Part shown: piece by piece, positions 34,568 to 43,824 of the stretch
How positions within the stretch are numbered: the first letter of the stretch is position 1
Layout: every line of letters starts with the position of its first letter
IMG/VR virus record: IMGVR_UViG_3300028833_000061
Coordinates: 32,001-96,000 of that record
From: a virus
Lineage: Duplodnaviria > Caudoviricetes
Strand: one strand, 5' to 3'
DNA: 64,000 bases
The notes under the pieces: generated by a model
Told to the model about the DNA's origin: nothing
Databases searched by the model: none
The model's input: the letters and a program-made list of their open reading frames with translations, nothing else
Position numbers and translations under genes: made by a program

Positions 34568-35000
34568 CTTGCAAATCGGGATGCTCGTCCAGCAGATACA
34601 CGACAGGCAGAACGCTGTTCTTCCTGTACGCCTCGACGACCGCGTCTTCCAGGTCTTCCTTGTAGTGTAGGAGCTCCCATGCCTTGTCCGCGACCCATTG
34701 CTTGTACTTGTCTACGGCGTCTGCAGGAACCCCGGAATTCTTGTATGCCTCCAGCGTCTTGGACAGATCAGAACATATTCTTACGACATCCGGTATCTTC
34801 ATTCCAAGAGATCTCAGTCTTTCGTCGACCAATCTCCTGATCTTGCCCTTGCACTCCGGGCAGAGTCCGTTGCTGTCCAGTATTCGCTCATCTGTATACA
34901 GTTCACGGCACAGCGAACACAGCTGCAGTTTACCCGCGCACTCGCCGTACGGCTTTGGCTTTTCCGACAGGCGGTACGCATCAGGTTCAGGGGTGCTCAT
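34560..35000 (-). CDS. zinc-finger hypothetical protein
   Basis: CSLC...CPEC. Confidence 0.6.
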   Translation of the reverse strand: MSTPEPDAYRLSEKPKPYGECAGKLQLCSLCRELYTDERILDSNGLCPECKGKIRRLVDERLRSLGMKIPDVVRICSDLSKTLEAYKNSGVPADAVDKYKQWVADKAWELLHYKEDLEDAVVEAYRKNSVLPVVYLLDEHPDLQDG

Positions 35001-35310
35001 ATTTCTCCTTCATCGCCTTTGCGAATTCTTCAACCTCGCACTTCATTATGCCCGGATGGCACTTCGGGCATTCTCTCGTGTGCAGAACCTCGTTCTTCTT
35101 GATTACATATCCACTGTCGTGCGGACCTGGCAGTATTCCGCCAATCAGATGTCCGCAGTTCCTGCATACGATGACGGCTACGTCGCCGTACTTCGTACTG
35201 CAGTCGTGGCACCAGCCCGGCCTGTCTCCAGGCCTGGCTATTTCACCGAGAAGAGGCTTTCCACACCACGAGCATAGCGCGGGAGGAAGTTGTTTCTGTT
35301 CCTGTTCCAT
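34987..35310 (-). CDS. Cys-rich zinc-finger protein
   Basis: CSWC, CHDC, CRNC, CPKC; start MEQEQK. Confidence 0.6.
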   Translation of the reverse strand: MEQEQKQLPPALCSWCGKPLLGEIARPGDRPGWCHDCSTKYGDVAVIVCRNCGHLIGGILPGPHDSGYVIKKNEVLHTRECPKCHPGIMKCEVEEFAKAMKEKYEHP

Positions 35311-36107
35311 CAGCACTTGAAGAAGAGAAGTTGGTTGCCTTCGGTTATACACTGTCGGCACTTGGAGCAGCCTCCTTCGAGGTTCATCCTTCCAGCGTCG
35401 ACAGGACAGCATGTTATACGCGTCTTGTCCAGCCACGTCAACACGTCCTTGTCCTTTGTAGTCCTCTTCAAGTCGTCGATCTTGTTCGTGTAGTCCTCGA
35501 GCTCCTTGCCCATGTAGGCTATCTTGTACTTGGGACTCTGGTACATTTTCTTGTCGACGAACGTCTTCCATGCCTGCTTCCAGTTGCAATGGTCTGCAGA
35601 CAGGTACAGTATGAGATTAGGAGCCTTCATCAGTATGTCGGCATATTCGAACGATCTAGTGTACGTCCAGAACTTTATGTGAGGAAACTTCTTCATGGCG
35701 GACACGAGAGCCTTGGCGTACTCTATGTTGAATACATCGCCAGACCAGTGCAGCCTGAAATATGCGTAGTCCTCGTAGTTCTTTCCGTTCTTCTTGGCCC
35801 AGGCTTTCGTCTTGGCTTCGAAGTCCTCGATCGTCTCGACTAGCTCCTTGCGTATGTCGGCCTGCGTTCCTTGGAGCTTCTTGGTGTTGTCGTCCAGCAC
35901 CTTTCCGGCTCCCTTGAAGCACTTGGCCAGGCAGAAGGCATAGCAGGTCGGATTCTTCTTTCCTTCCGGGATATGGAAGCACCCTCCCTTCTCCTTCGTG
36001 CAGCCGGGACATGTACCTCCAAGGCATGGAGGCCCGGCATTAAGACCATAACTGTTTTCGTGCGTCGGGTAGAATCTGACCTTTCGGTCGCACGCCAGCC
36101 GGAGCAT
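35310..36107 (-). CDS. phage Gene product 88 (GP88)-like Cys-rich protein
   Basis: TCPGC...CYA, YFRLHWSGDVF, FWTYTRS, CSKCRQC. Confidence 0.7.
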   Translation of the reverse strand: MLRLACDRKVRFYPTHENSYGLNAGPPCLGGTCPGCTKEKGGCFHIPEGKKNPTCYAFCLAKCFKGAGKVLDDNTKKLQGTQADIRKELVETIEDFEAKTKAWAKKNGKNYEDYAYFRLHWSGDVFNIEYAKALVSAMKKFPHIKFWTYTRSFEYADILMKAPNLILYLSADHCNWKQAWKTFVDKKMYQSPKYKIAYMGKELEDYTNKIDDLKRTTKDKDVLTWLDKTRITCCPVDAGRMNLEGGCSKCRQCITEGNQLLFFKC

Positions 36108-36375
36108 TATTTCATCTCCTCGACCGGCTGCTCCTCCGCTTGTTGAACAGGATTCAGCTGATCCGCGTCAACCTCGTAGAGGTCCTTCTTTCCATCTCCG
36201 CACAGTTCGCAGATGTGATTCATATACGGCTTTTCGACATCGATCTCGATGCCGTTCGCCTCTGCACAGTCTGCGCAAATGTATCTCTTGTCCGATTCCA
36301 TCTGTTTTGCTTTTCATTTGTACTGCCTCCTGTTTCCAGGCCAGCTCCAGCTCTAGCAAGACAGATGGGTTTGAT

Positions 36376-36588
36376 TTACTTTTCCTTGGCTTTCTTTTCT
36401 TCGACCGGCAGCTGCTCCAAGGTTCCTTCCAGTTCTTCCTGGAGTCCCTTCAGAGTATCGTTATACTGCTGCATGGCCGCCTTCTTCGCCGACTTGGTGG
36501 ATAGGATCTGGCGGTTCAGTTCCGCGATCCTGTCCTTCAGCTCGGCAGGCGTTCTCTGGATTTTAGGTGCTTCTTCAGGCATTTGCAA
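36376..36588 (-). CDS. small coiled-coil protein
   Basis: ELKDRIAELNRQIL... Confidence 0.55.
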   Translation of the reverse strand: MQMPEEAPKIQRTPAELKDRIAELNRQILSTKSAKKAAMQQYNDTLKGLQEELEGTLEQLPVEEKKAKEK

Positions 36589-37147
36589 TCTCCGTTGCGT
36601 AGTTCAAATTAGCGTACTGGCTGTATATATTGCGCAGTCCTTCCATGTACTGGCAGATTCCCTGCTCGCATACCGGATCTCCCGACATGACGCATTCGTA
36701 TCTGTCGTTTTCGGAATAGTACTTGTCTCCAAGACCCATGAACTCGAATGCGTCCTTTTCCTCGACTGTGACATCCTTTATCCAGGCGCACTGTGTGAAT
36801 ATCCTGGAGATGTCGCAGACCATAGCGTCCTGCCACTTCTTCGTAGTAGGCTGCATGTACCTATAGAACGACAGACCCTTTCTGAAGAAGTTGACCATGA
36901 TGATGCCGAACTGAAGGCCGGCTTCCCAGCCAGTCGGCACTATAGGCCTGGTAGGCATGTTTCTGGCCTGCTGAGCTCCGCAGATCCTTGTCAGGTCGGC
37001 GTGCAGGTCCTCCCACAGAGTCTCTCCCTTGAACGTTCTCACGCCAAGTTCATTCCCGTGCGGTATTCCGACATGCACGGCGGCCACGGGGGTGAGGTGC
37101 CCCCGTGGCTCGGCCGGTTCACGAGTTACGCTGATATATATGTTCAT
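36575..37147 (-). CDS. hypothetical protein
   Basis: 190 aa; ATGA overlap. Confidence 0.6.
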   Translation of the reverse strand: MNIYISVTREPAEPRGHLTPVAAVHVGIPHGNELGVRTFKGETLWEDLHADLTRICGAQQARNMPTRPIVPTGWEAGLQFGIIMVNFFRKGLSFYRYMQPTTKKWQDAMVCDISRIFTQCAWIKDVTVEEKDAFEFMGLGDKYYSENDRYECVMSGDPVCEQGICQYMEGLRNIYSQYANLNYATEIANA

Positions 37148-37395
37148 TCAGCGTCCGGCACGCCGTCGTCTGTCGCCACCCTACCCAGGATCTTTTCTGT
37201 ATACTCCTGGATCGCGTCGATCAGATTCTGCTCGGTGTCTTCGATGAGACCCCTGAGCGACGTGTTGTTCTTCAGGGCGTCAGCCGACGGCTTCTCCTTC
37301 GGGTCCTTGCGAGAGATCCCGGCAGGAACGCTTACGGTTACTGAATCGTGACCATACTTTCCGTCCGTGACAGTGACGTTGATTTCGATCCTCAT
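37144..37395 (-). CDS. hypothetical protein
   Basis: 83 aa; coupled start/stop. Confidence 0.55.
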   Translation of the reverse strand: MRIEINVTVTDGKYGHDSVTVSVPAGISRKDPKEKPSADALKNNTSLRGLIEDTEQNLIDAIQEYTEKILGRVATDDGVPDAE

Positions 37396-37985
37396 TAGTC
37401 GTTCTCCTGTTCGCGCTTAGCGCGACGTTCTTCGAGCTGTTTGCGCAGACCTGCCGCGAGTGCTTCGATAAGCTCGTCCGCAGGACGCTCGTTCTTGTTG
37501 TGGCGAACCGCGGCCGCAAGAGCGGGTCCGCGCTTTCCTCCCCTGAATTCGATCTCCCTCTCGAGAGACTCGATAGTGACACGCTTCCTTCCATACCCGT
37601 CCACCTTGGCGGCAGCGAGCCTTCCCTTGCTCAGGAGCACGGAGGCAGCATTGTACGCCACTCCGAGCCGCTTGGCCGCCTCAGACAGGTCGATGGTTGT
37701 TCCGAGGGACACGACGAGCTTGCGCACGTCCTCGATGTTGACTCCGACCGCATACGTGCGTCCGGGCAGCATCACGCGCCTGACGACGCCAGCCTTCACA
37801 TATCCGTATAGCTGGGCGTACGACAGGCCTGCGAGCCGTGCTGCTTCCTGCATTGTGCAGACGTCTGTGAATCCGTCCTCGTTGGCCTGTAGAACCTGGC
37901 CGTTCATGGACTCCTTCATATTGCGCTTCTGGCGCTTTCCGAGGGAGTCGTATACGCTGTTCAGATGTTTCGAGATTTTGCTCAT
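37395..37985 (-). CDS. tandem helix-turn-helix (excisionase/MerR-like HTH_17) DNA-binding protein
   Basis: TMQEAARLAGLSYAQLYGYVKAG and DLSEAAKRLGVAYNAASVLLSKGRL. Confidence 0.75.
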   Translation of the reverse strand: MSKISKHLNSVYDSLGKRQKRNMKESMNGQVLQANEDGFTDVCTMQEAARLAGLSYAQLYGYVKAGVVRRVMLPGRTYAVGVNIEDVRKLVVSLGTTIDLSEAAKRLGVAYNAASVLLSKGRLAAAKVDGYGRKRVTIESLEREIEFRGGKRGPALAAAVRHNKNERPADELIEALAAGLRKQLEERRAKREQEND

Positions 37986-39079
37986 GACTGTTTCTTCTGT
38001 TGCTCGTTGTTCATGAATGTTTCAGCTATTTCGCTTGTCTTCTCAGGGTTGTGGAGCATCTCCAGCAGCAGCTCGTAGACGTCCGTTCCCTTCTCGAAAT
38101 AATCCTCGACCACAGACTCAAGCGACACGATCTGGTTGTCCCGGTCAATCTCTTCGACGGTGAATTCATCACCGTACGGGATGAGCCGGACCAGGGCACC
38201 GATCTTCTTCATCGACTGTTCGATTCCGGCGATTGCGCCGTCAATATCGTTCCTCACGCGAACGATGTTCATCGAGTACTGGATATCCTTGTCATTGTCG
38301 AAGTCCCCAAGGAACTTCGCATAGTCCTCCTTGGTGTCGATCCTGATCTCGTTGAACTTCCGCGTCGGTATGGGGATGTCTTCGCAAGCCATAAGCTCTG
38401 CGTCGTTGAACTGGACAAGGAATACCTTCTTGTCCTTCTCCTCGTTCAACGATCCAACTTCCGTGGAGCCTGGCTGCAGGAATGTAACCCTGTGCCCGTC
38501 ATACTCAACGTCCTTGCGCATGTGCTGGTGGATGTGGCCGACCAGCACGGTGTGGGTCTTCATTCGCTTCAGGAAAGGCATGACGTTCTCGAACGTCAGC
38601 TCGGCGGCGAACGGATCGCCCATCTCGGCAAATCCGCAATGAAGAACAAGCACCGGTATGCGCAGATTCTCGTTCTCGCACATGAGCGCCACCTCCTCCA
38701 GCTTCTCGAGAAGAAGCGACGGCTTCAGATAGTCGATGCCGTACACACCGAGAGACGAATCATAGTCCTGCTGGCCCAGAGGCGTTACGCCGCACACATA
38801 CAGCCACTCTCCAGTGCCCACGCGATCGTGGTTTCCCTCGATCCCGAACACAGGCGCGTTGCATGTGTCGACTCCGTCCTTCAGAGTTGCAACTGCCTTG
38901 GCCTGCGGTCTGCTTATGTCGAATATGTCTCCGGCAAGAACGACGGCGTCAACGGCGTGATAGTTGGCCTTGTCGAATACAACCGACGCGGCCGAATAGA
39001 AGTCCTCTTCTCTGTCCTTAAGGCCGTACATCCTGTCGCCAAGATGCAGATCGGCCGCAAAAAGCATTGTGTGTTCCAT
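37982..39079 (-). CDS. Mre11/SbcD-like DNA repair nuclease
   Basis: ADLHLG, AGDIFD, GNHD, GHIH, PGS motifs. Confidence 0.9.
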   Translation of the reverse strand: MEHTMLFAADLHLGDRMYGLKDREEDFYSAASVVFDKANYHAVDAVVLAGDIFDISRPQAKAVATLKDGVDTCNAPVFGIEGNHDRVGTGEWLYVCGVTPLGQQDYDSSLGVYGIDYLKPSLLLEKLEEVALMCENENLRIPVLVLHCGFAEMGDPFAAELTFENVMPFLKRMKTHTVLVGHIHQHMRKDVEYDGHRVTFLQPGSTEVGSLNEEKDKKVFLVQFNDAELMACEDIPIPTRKFNEIRIDTKEDYAKFLGDFDNDKDIQYSMNIVRVRNDIDGAIAGIEQSMKKIGALVRLIPYGDEFTVEEIDRDNQIVSLESVVEDYFEKGTDVYELLLEMLHNPEKTSEIAETFMNNEQQKKQS

Positions 39080-40257
39080 TAGACTACGCAGCTTAGTACT
39101 TCGAGTTCTGCAAGACTGAACGGCGATATCGCCGACACGTACTCCTGTGCATAATACTTCTCCGCTCCATTGTCGCGGGCAAGCTTTGCGAATTCGCTGG
39201 AATAGAGGAAGAATTTGAATTCGTCTCGCTTTGCATACGTGTCGAACATGTGCTTGATCGAGATCCTATCGATGAACTTGCCGCAATCTATCGGCTTGAA
39301 CTTGGCAGTCGTATCCTTCCTTATGCCGACAGCATACGTGTACATGTCGCGATCAAGCCAGGCCGATAGCCTCTGCGACAGATACCTTCCGGAGAAGTTC
39401 GCCATCGCATCAACATACCACCACTTATCGAGCCCGAGATTGTCAAGGCTGTCGACGTACGTCTTATACGTGTACACCGATGTGCCTCTTTTAGGCTCGA
39501 GCTTTCTGATCGCGTGGACGAAAGCGCCCTCGCGATCGGTAGCGTCGACAGCCTGCGGAATGTCTGATACTACGATTCCTGTTACGGCCTCATCCTTCTT
39601 GACCTCTCTGGATCTGTCGTCTATCCTGGATGACTTGCACATATTGAACGCCTTGACTTCGCTGTGCTTCCACGTGTCGGGAGATATTACGACTGGAAAT
39701 ACTACCAGCTTGTGCTTTCGATCCTCTTCCTCGTTGTAATATGATATCTCGCAGTCTATGTTGTCTCGGAAGAAGTCAAGCACGTCTGGATGCCTTCCAC
39801 AGTACTGCGCGTCGCAGATTCCGTAGATGTACGTCATCGCGTCATGGCTCATCGGCGGCACCTTGTTTCCCTTGCTGTCACGCCCTACTATATGCGCGTT
39901 GTACACGTGCTTAAGAACGTTGTCCAGCCGCTCTATGCCCTTGTAAGGCATTCCTAGAGGGATGATGTCCTCCTTGTCGTCCATGACGTAGAACGTAGCG
40001 TAGTCTGTCAGGCACAGCGGGCAGGTGGCAGCCTTGTAGAACTCGGCCGTCGGCGACACATGCATAAGTCCGACCTTTCCATCCGCCCTTTCCACGGTAT
40101 TCCACGCCGAGCTCTGCCCCCACGGGCACGTCGTCGAGAAATACCTGGAGTTCATCGGGTTGGTCAGTATCTTCCTGACCTTTCTGATGTTTTTCATCGC
40201 GGCAGTCTCGACGATCTTCTTCGTCTCGAAGAGACCTTCCGGGATTGCATCGTGCAT
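39079..40257 (-). CDS. hypothetical protein
   Basis: 392 aa; AAAGGAG upstream. Confidence 0.7.
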   Translation of the reverse strand: MHDAIPEGLFETKKIVETAAMKNIRKVRKILTNPMNSRYFSTTCPWGQSSAWNTVERADGKVGLMHVSPTAEFYKAATCPLCLTDYATFYVMDDKEDIIPLGMPYKGIERLDNVLKHVYNAHIVGRDSKGNKVPPMSHDAMTYIYGICDAQYCGRHPDVLDFFRDNIDCEISYYNEEEDRKHKLVVFPVVISPDTWKHSEVKAFNMCKSSRIDDRSREVKKDEAVTGIVVSDIPQAVDATDREGAFVHAIRKLEPKRGTSVYTYKTYVDSLDNLGLDKWWYVDAMANFSGRYLSQRLSAWLDRDMYTYAVGIRKDTTAKFKPIDCGKFIDRISIKHMFDTYAKRDEFKFFLYSSEFAKLARDNGAEKYYAQEYVSAISPFSLAELEVLSCVV

Positions 40258-40274
40258 CTATCTCTAGCTCCTTT

Positions 40275-40306
40275 AAAAAGGCCCCCTCCGTTTTACGGGA
40301 GGGGGC
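40275..40306 (-). terminator. intrinsic terminator after the RecA-like gene
   Basis: GCCCCCTCC/GGAGGGGGC stem followed by CTTTTT on the minus strand. Confidence 0.8.
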
Positions 40307-40314
40307 ATTGTGTA

Positions 40315-41634
40315 TCATTCGTCCTGGTCGAAGTCCTCGCGCATGAAATCCTTCGTCTTGCGCTTTGGCTTCGTATCCTCCTGTTCCTGTTCGTCCAGGT
40401 CAGGAGGTCCCTCATAAGACTTCTCCCAGGAATGGCCGAATCCGCGGATTCGCATCTTCTCCCTGCATGACATAAGCAGGTCTTCGTTGTCATAGAACGC
40501 ACGCACGAACTCCTCCTCGTTGGCGAACGACGGCTGAGTCTTGTCGCGCAGAGCAGTACACGTTATTCCGTGTGAATGCTTGTAGCACTCGTACGGTTGT
40601 CCGTTTGCGTCAAGCAACGCGTGCGTCTTCGACTTGAACGGCGAATTGGCCGAATTCAACAGAAAATCGGCATCCGTGTGAATCATGTCGAAACCGTCCG
40701 TGTTGGACAGATACAGATCGATGCTGCGGTAGCGCGGGCTCCACTTGTTCTTGAACGTGGACAGATGCAATACGTCTCCCAGTTCCTGGCCCTTCGCCTT
40801 GTCATACCACCTGGATGCGTTGCCGAAATCGATGCCGAAGGTGCTGTAGATGCCGATCGCCTCCGCGGCAATCGACGTCTTCTTCGGCCCGGCCATCGCC
40901 GCCATTCCAGTCTCGATCTTCACCGTCTCCTGAGTTGTAAGGAACAGGGCCGTCTGCGTCGTCCTGAACCGCTGCACGCGCGAGGAGAAGAACTTTCTCA
41001 TCGCTCTCGCGGTGCTGCCTATTCCAGTGACCTTTCCGACGTCGATGACGTCCTGCTCCGCTTCCTTCTCGGATGCCAATGCCGACAGCGAGTCTATTCC
41101 TATTAGAATGGGACACTCGCAATCCTTGTCGACCGGCTCTGTGAATTTCGTCTTTATGCTTCTGCCGAGCTCGCCTACCATGCCGCCGAAGCCGCCGCGT
41201 ATCTCGCAGATGAGCGTGTCCACTTGCGACAGCGCGTCGTCAAGCGAATTGCTCTCCACCTGCAGCAGCTCGTTCGGATTCGCGCCGATCATCACGACGC
41301 GATCCGCAGGCATTGGCGCTCCCTCGGTCTCGATATGGAAGCAGAATGCATTGCTCTTCTTCTGGGCCGCTCCGTACTGAAGATACATGTACGAAGACTT
41401 GCCCTTCGAATAAGTCGCTCTCAGCTGGGTCACACGTCCCGCTATGAACCCTCTGGCCCCTATGAACCACTCCTGGGAGATGGTCGGCAGGCCTGTCTTA
41501 GGGTCGCAGAAATCGAGGTACCGCACATTCTTCATCATATCGGAAGCGGTCTCGATGCCCGTGTTGTTCTCTGAGAGCCTTTGTATCAGCGCCTGCATCT
41601 TGGATACAGGCAGCTCCTTCTTTCTTGGACTCAT
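40315..41634 (-). CDS. RecA/UvsX-like recombinase
   Basis: GFIAGRVTQLRATYSKGKS (degenerate Walker A), IETEGA, IGIDSLSAL, FKNKWSP. Confidence 0.8.
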   Translation of the reverse strand: MSPRKKELPVSKMQALIQRLSENNTGIETASDMMKNVRYLDFCDPKTGLPTISQEWFIGARGFIAGRVTQLRATYSKGKSSYMYLQYGAAQKKSNAFCFHIETEGAPMPADRVVMIGANPNELLQVESNSLDDALSQVDTLICEIRGGFGGMVGELGRSIKTKFTEPVDKDCECPILIGIDSLSALASEKEAEQDVIDVGKVTGIGSTARAMRKFFSSRVQRFRTTQTALFLTTQETVKIETGMAAMAGPKKTSIAAEAIGIYSTFGIDFGNASRWYDKAKGQELGDVLHLSTFKNKWSPRYRSIDLYLSNTDGFDMIHTDADFLLNSANSPFKSKTHALLDANGQPYECYKHSHGITCTALRDKTQPSFANEEEFVRAFYDNEDLLMSCREKMRIRGFGHSWEKSYEGPPDLDEQEQEDTKPKRKTKDFMREDFDQDE

Positions 41635-41644
41635 GGCCTACCTC

Positions 41645-42919
41645 CTACTTGCGGAGGCGTGCCATGATCTCTTCCCTGGAGAGAGGCTTCGTCTCTCCGG
41701 GAACCCCGGCAAAGCCAGGAGACGGAGGAAATGCCGTCTGCGGCTGCTGCTTCGGAACGAAGGCAGGAATCGGCGCGGCAGGAATCGGTTGTGCCACGGG
41801 CTGTTCCGCCATCTTCTCCACTGCGACAGTCGCCGCCATCGGAGCGGCCACACCAGGCTTGAACGCGTTGGTGTTCTCTGGCTGCGGAGGAACGTTCACA
41901 GGATATGTGACGGTATTGGCAGGAGTGCTTGCAAGGCTGATGTTGCTTGTTGCGGCAGGAGCTGCCGGAGGATCTGGAACGACCCATCCGTAGTCGTTGA
42001 AAGCCATCTTCAGGAGCGCATATTCGTGATACCCCTTCGGAGAGCGCTGGCGGAGCATGTCCACCAGTTCGTCGACCAGTTCCTGCTCTGTCGGAATGTT
42101 TACGATGGATCCCACGTCGGCCATGTTGTACCGCTGGGCCATCTGATCCTGAGTCAGCTGCGCCCTCCATGGATTGCCGTCTGGACCGGTTGCCACGGAA
42201 AGCTCATAACCGCTGAATCCCTTCTTGTCGGTGCCCCTCTCGCAAACGAGAACCAACCCGTTGTTCGGATCGGTCAGGTCTCCCTTGGAATATTGATACA
42301 TGTAGTTCTGCGCGAGCAGCTCCTGCGGGACGCTGTCGTTGCGCTGGAACATGAGACCGTTCTTGCGATTCATGAGTGACATGAACGCCGACTTTGAAAA
42401 TTCTCCTACCCTGACACCGGATCCAAGATCGTACATGTCGAGCACGTTCGCCAGCATCGCAGGAGCGATTGGAGGCAGAGCTGCCCTGACGAATCCAGGC
42501 GTTCCATACTTGCCCTGGTCCATCGTAAGATATCCCCAGTCATCCTTGTTCTGGTCGATAAAGTTCATCAGGATGCTGAGAGGACATGTCGCGTTGGGTC
42601 CCTCGGTCTTCCTTGAGACCAGCTCGCGGCGCTGCTTGTAATCGCCGCGCCCGGCGAACTTGACGGAGAACATGATAGCCGCAAATTGCGCGATGTGTCC
42701 GTCAGGGGTTATGGATGGAGTATAGGACGTGCGGGTGTCGGGATTCGCAGGATCGAACGCGGGAAGAAGCTTGAAGGTTATCTTCTTGATTCCCTTGTTC
42801 TTGTTCTCCCTCATGTACAGGACGCGAACGCCTTCCTTGTATGTGCGCCTGCGATCCGACTGGGGATTGGTACTCATATTTTCCTGCGCGTATGTCAGTG
42901 ACTCTTCGAATGTTGCCAT
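41645..42919 (-). CDS. putative single-stranded DNA-binding protein (gp32-like)
   Basis: FKLLPA...CPL...ANVLD...GDLTDPNNG pattern, Pro/Ala-rich tail, position directly upstream of the RecA-like gene; inference. Confidence 0.55.
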   Translation of the reverse strand: MATFEESLTYAQENMSTNPQSDRRRTYKEGVRVLYMRENKNKGIKKITFKLLPAFDPANPDTRTSYTPSITPDGHIAQFAAIMFSVKFAGRGDYKQRRELVSRKTEGPNATCPLSILMNFIDQNKDDWGYLTMDQGKYGTPGFVRAALPPIAPAMLANVLDMYDLGSGVRVGEFSKSAFMSLMNRKNGLMFQRNDSVPQELLAQNYMYQYSKGDLTDPNNGLVLVCERGTDKKGFSGYELSVATGPDGNPWRAQLTQDQMAQRYNMADVGSIVNIPTEQELVDELVDMLRQRSPKGYHEYALLKMAFNDYGWVVPDPPAAPAATSNISLASTPANTVTYPVNVPPQPENTNAFKPGVAAPMAATVAVEKMAEQPVAQPIPAAPIPAFVPKQQPQTAFPPSPGFAGVPGETKPLSREEIMARLRK

Positions 42920-42980
42920 TTCTGTTGCTTTCTGTTTTATGTGCTGTTGTTCATTGGTACTCCTTTCAGCTCTAGCTCCA

Positions 42981-43010
42981 GAAAAAACCCGCCGGTTACT
43001 GGCCGACGGG
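42981..43010 (-). terminator. intrinsic terminator inside the leader of the SSB-RecA operon
   Basis: CCCGTCGG/CCGGCGGG stem followed by TTTTTT. Confidence 0.75.
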
Positions 43011-43078
43011 CAAAGGGTCATTATTCCACCTGTTTTTAACTATGACTGTGGCAGAATGTGTCGTCGGTAACGGGACAC

Positions 43079-43107
43079 AGTATAGCACAGCCTTTTATAA
43101 AATTCAA
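43079..43107 (-). promoter_or_regulatory. sigma70-like promoter
   Basis: TTGAAT-17-TATACT with extended -10 TG. Confidence 0.7.
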
Positions 43108-43124
43108 TTAGAAAATGTAACTTC

Positions 43125-43451
43125 TTACACGCAGAATTTTCTCGCTCCGGGCTCCTGGATCGTGTACTCGTTCTTGACGTGAGCGATGACGTCGTCAGGA
43201 ATCTGATACATAGCTCGCAGCTCCTCGACGACTCCGTTCAGATCGATCACTGTCTTGGGCTTGTTGTATGCCCATGACGCGATCTTGTTCAACCCGTCTG
43301 TAGACAGCAGCGTATCGTTGTTGCCCATGAACTGTTCGATGGTCTTCCTAGGTTCGACCATCTGGTCCTCGATGCGCTTCTTCTGCTGTCGCAGATCGAT
43401 ATACTTTGTCAGAGCAGCCGCGATCTCAGGAGTGGCCTTGATGCTAGGCAT
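43125..43451 (-). CDS. hypothetical protein resembling the C-terminal domain of YqaJ-type recombinases
   Basis: YIDLRQQKKRIEDQM...IEQFMG...IASW...RKF. Confidence 0.55.
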   Translation of the reverse strand: MPSIKATPEIAAALTKYIDLRQQKKRIEDQMVEPRKTIEQFMGNNDTLLSTDGLNKIASWAYNKPKTVIDLNGVVEELRAMYQIPDDVIAHVKNEYTIQEPGARKFCV

Positions 43452-43824
43452 TGTCCTGCTCCATCATTTCGTAGACTGACTTCGACTGGCGCGTCTTGGC
43501 TTTTCTGCCGGCTGCCTTGACTTCAGGCTCGGCGGGCTGTGCCTCCTCGACCTGAGCCTTCGGCTTGCGACCACGGCGCTTCTTCGGCTGCTCATCCGCA
43601 GGCGCTTCCGCCTTTGGCTTGCGTCCGCGTCTCTTCTTCGGCTGTTCCTCCACGGGCGTCTCGGCCTTGGGCTTGCGGCCTCTACGCTTTGGAGCGGCAA
43701 GATACTTTGCACCGAGATCCGACAGGTCCTTGCCGACCTGCACGAGGATGTTTCCGACGGCCTGGCGAACATTGTCGTCGGCCAGTTTGACGATTTCGGT
43801 CGTCAGGGTTTCGAGTGTGTCCAT
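43444..43824 (-). CDS. basic AT-hook-like repeat protein (possible nucleoid/DNA-binding)
   Basis: three copies of KRRGRKPKA. Confidence 0.7.
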   Translation of the reverse strand: MDTLETLTTEIVKLADDNVRQAVGNILVQVGKDLSDLGAKYLAAPKRRGRKPKAETPVEEQPKKRRGRKPKAEAPADEQPKKRRGRKPKAQVEEAQPAEPEVKAAGRKAKTRQSKSVYEMMEQDNA

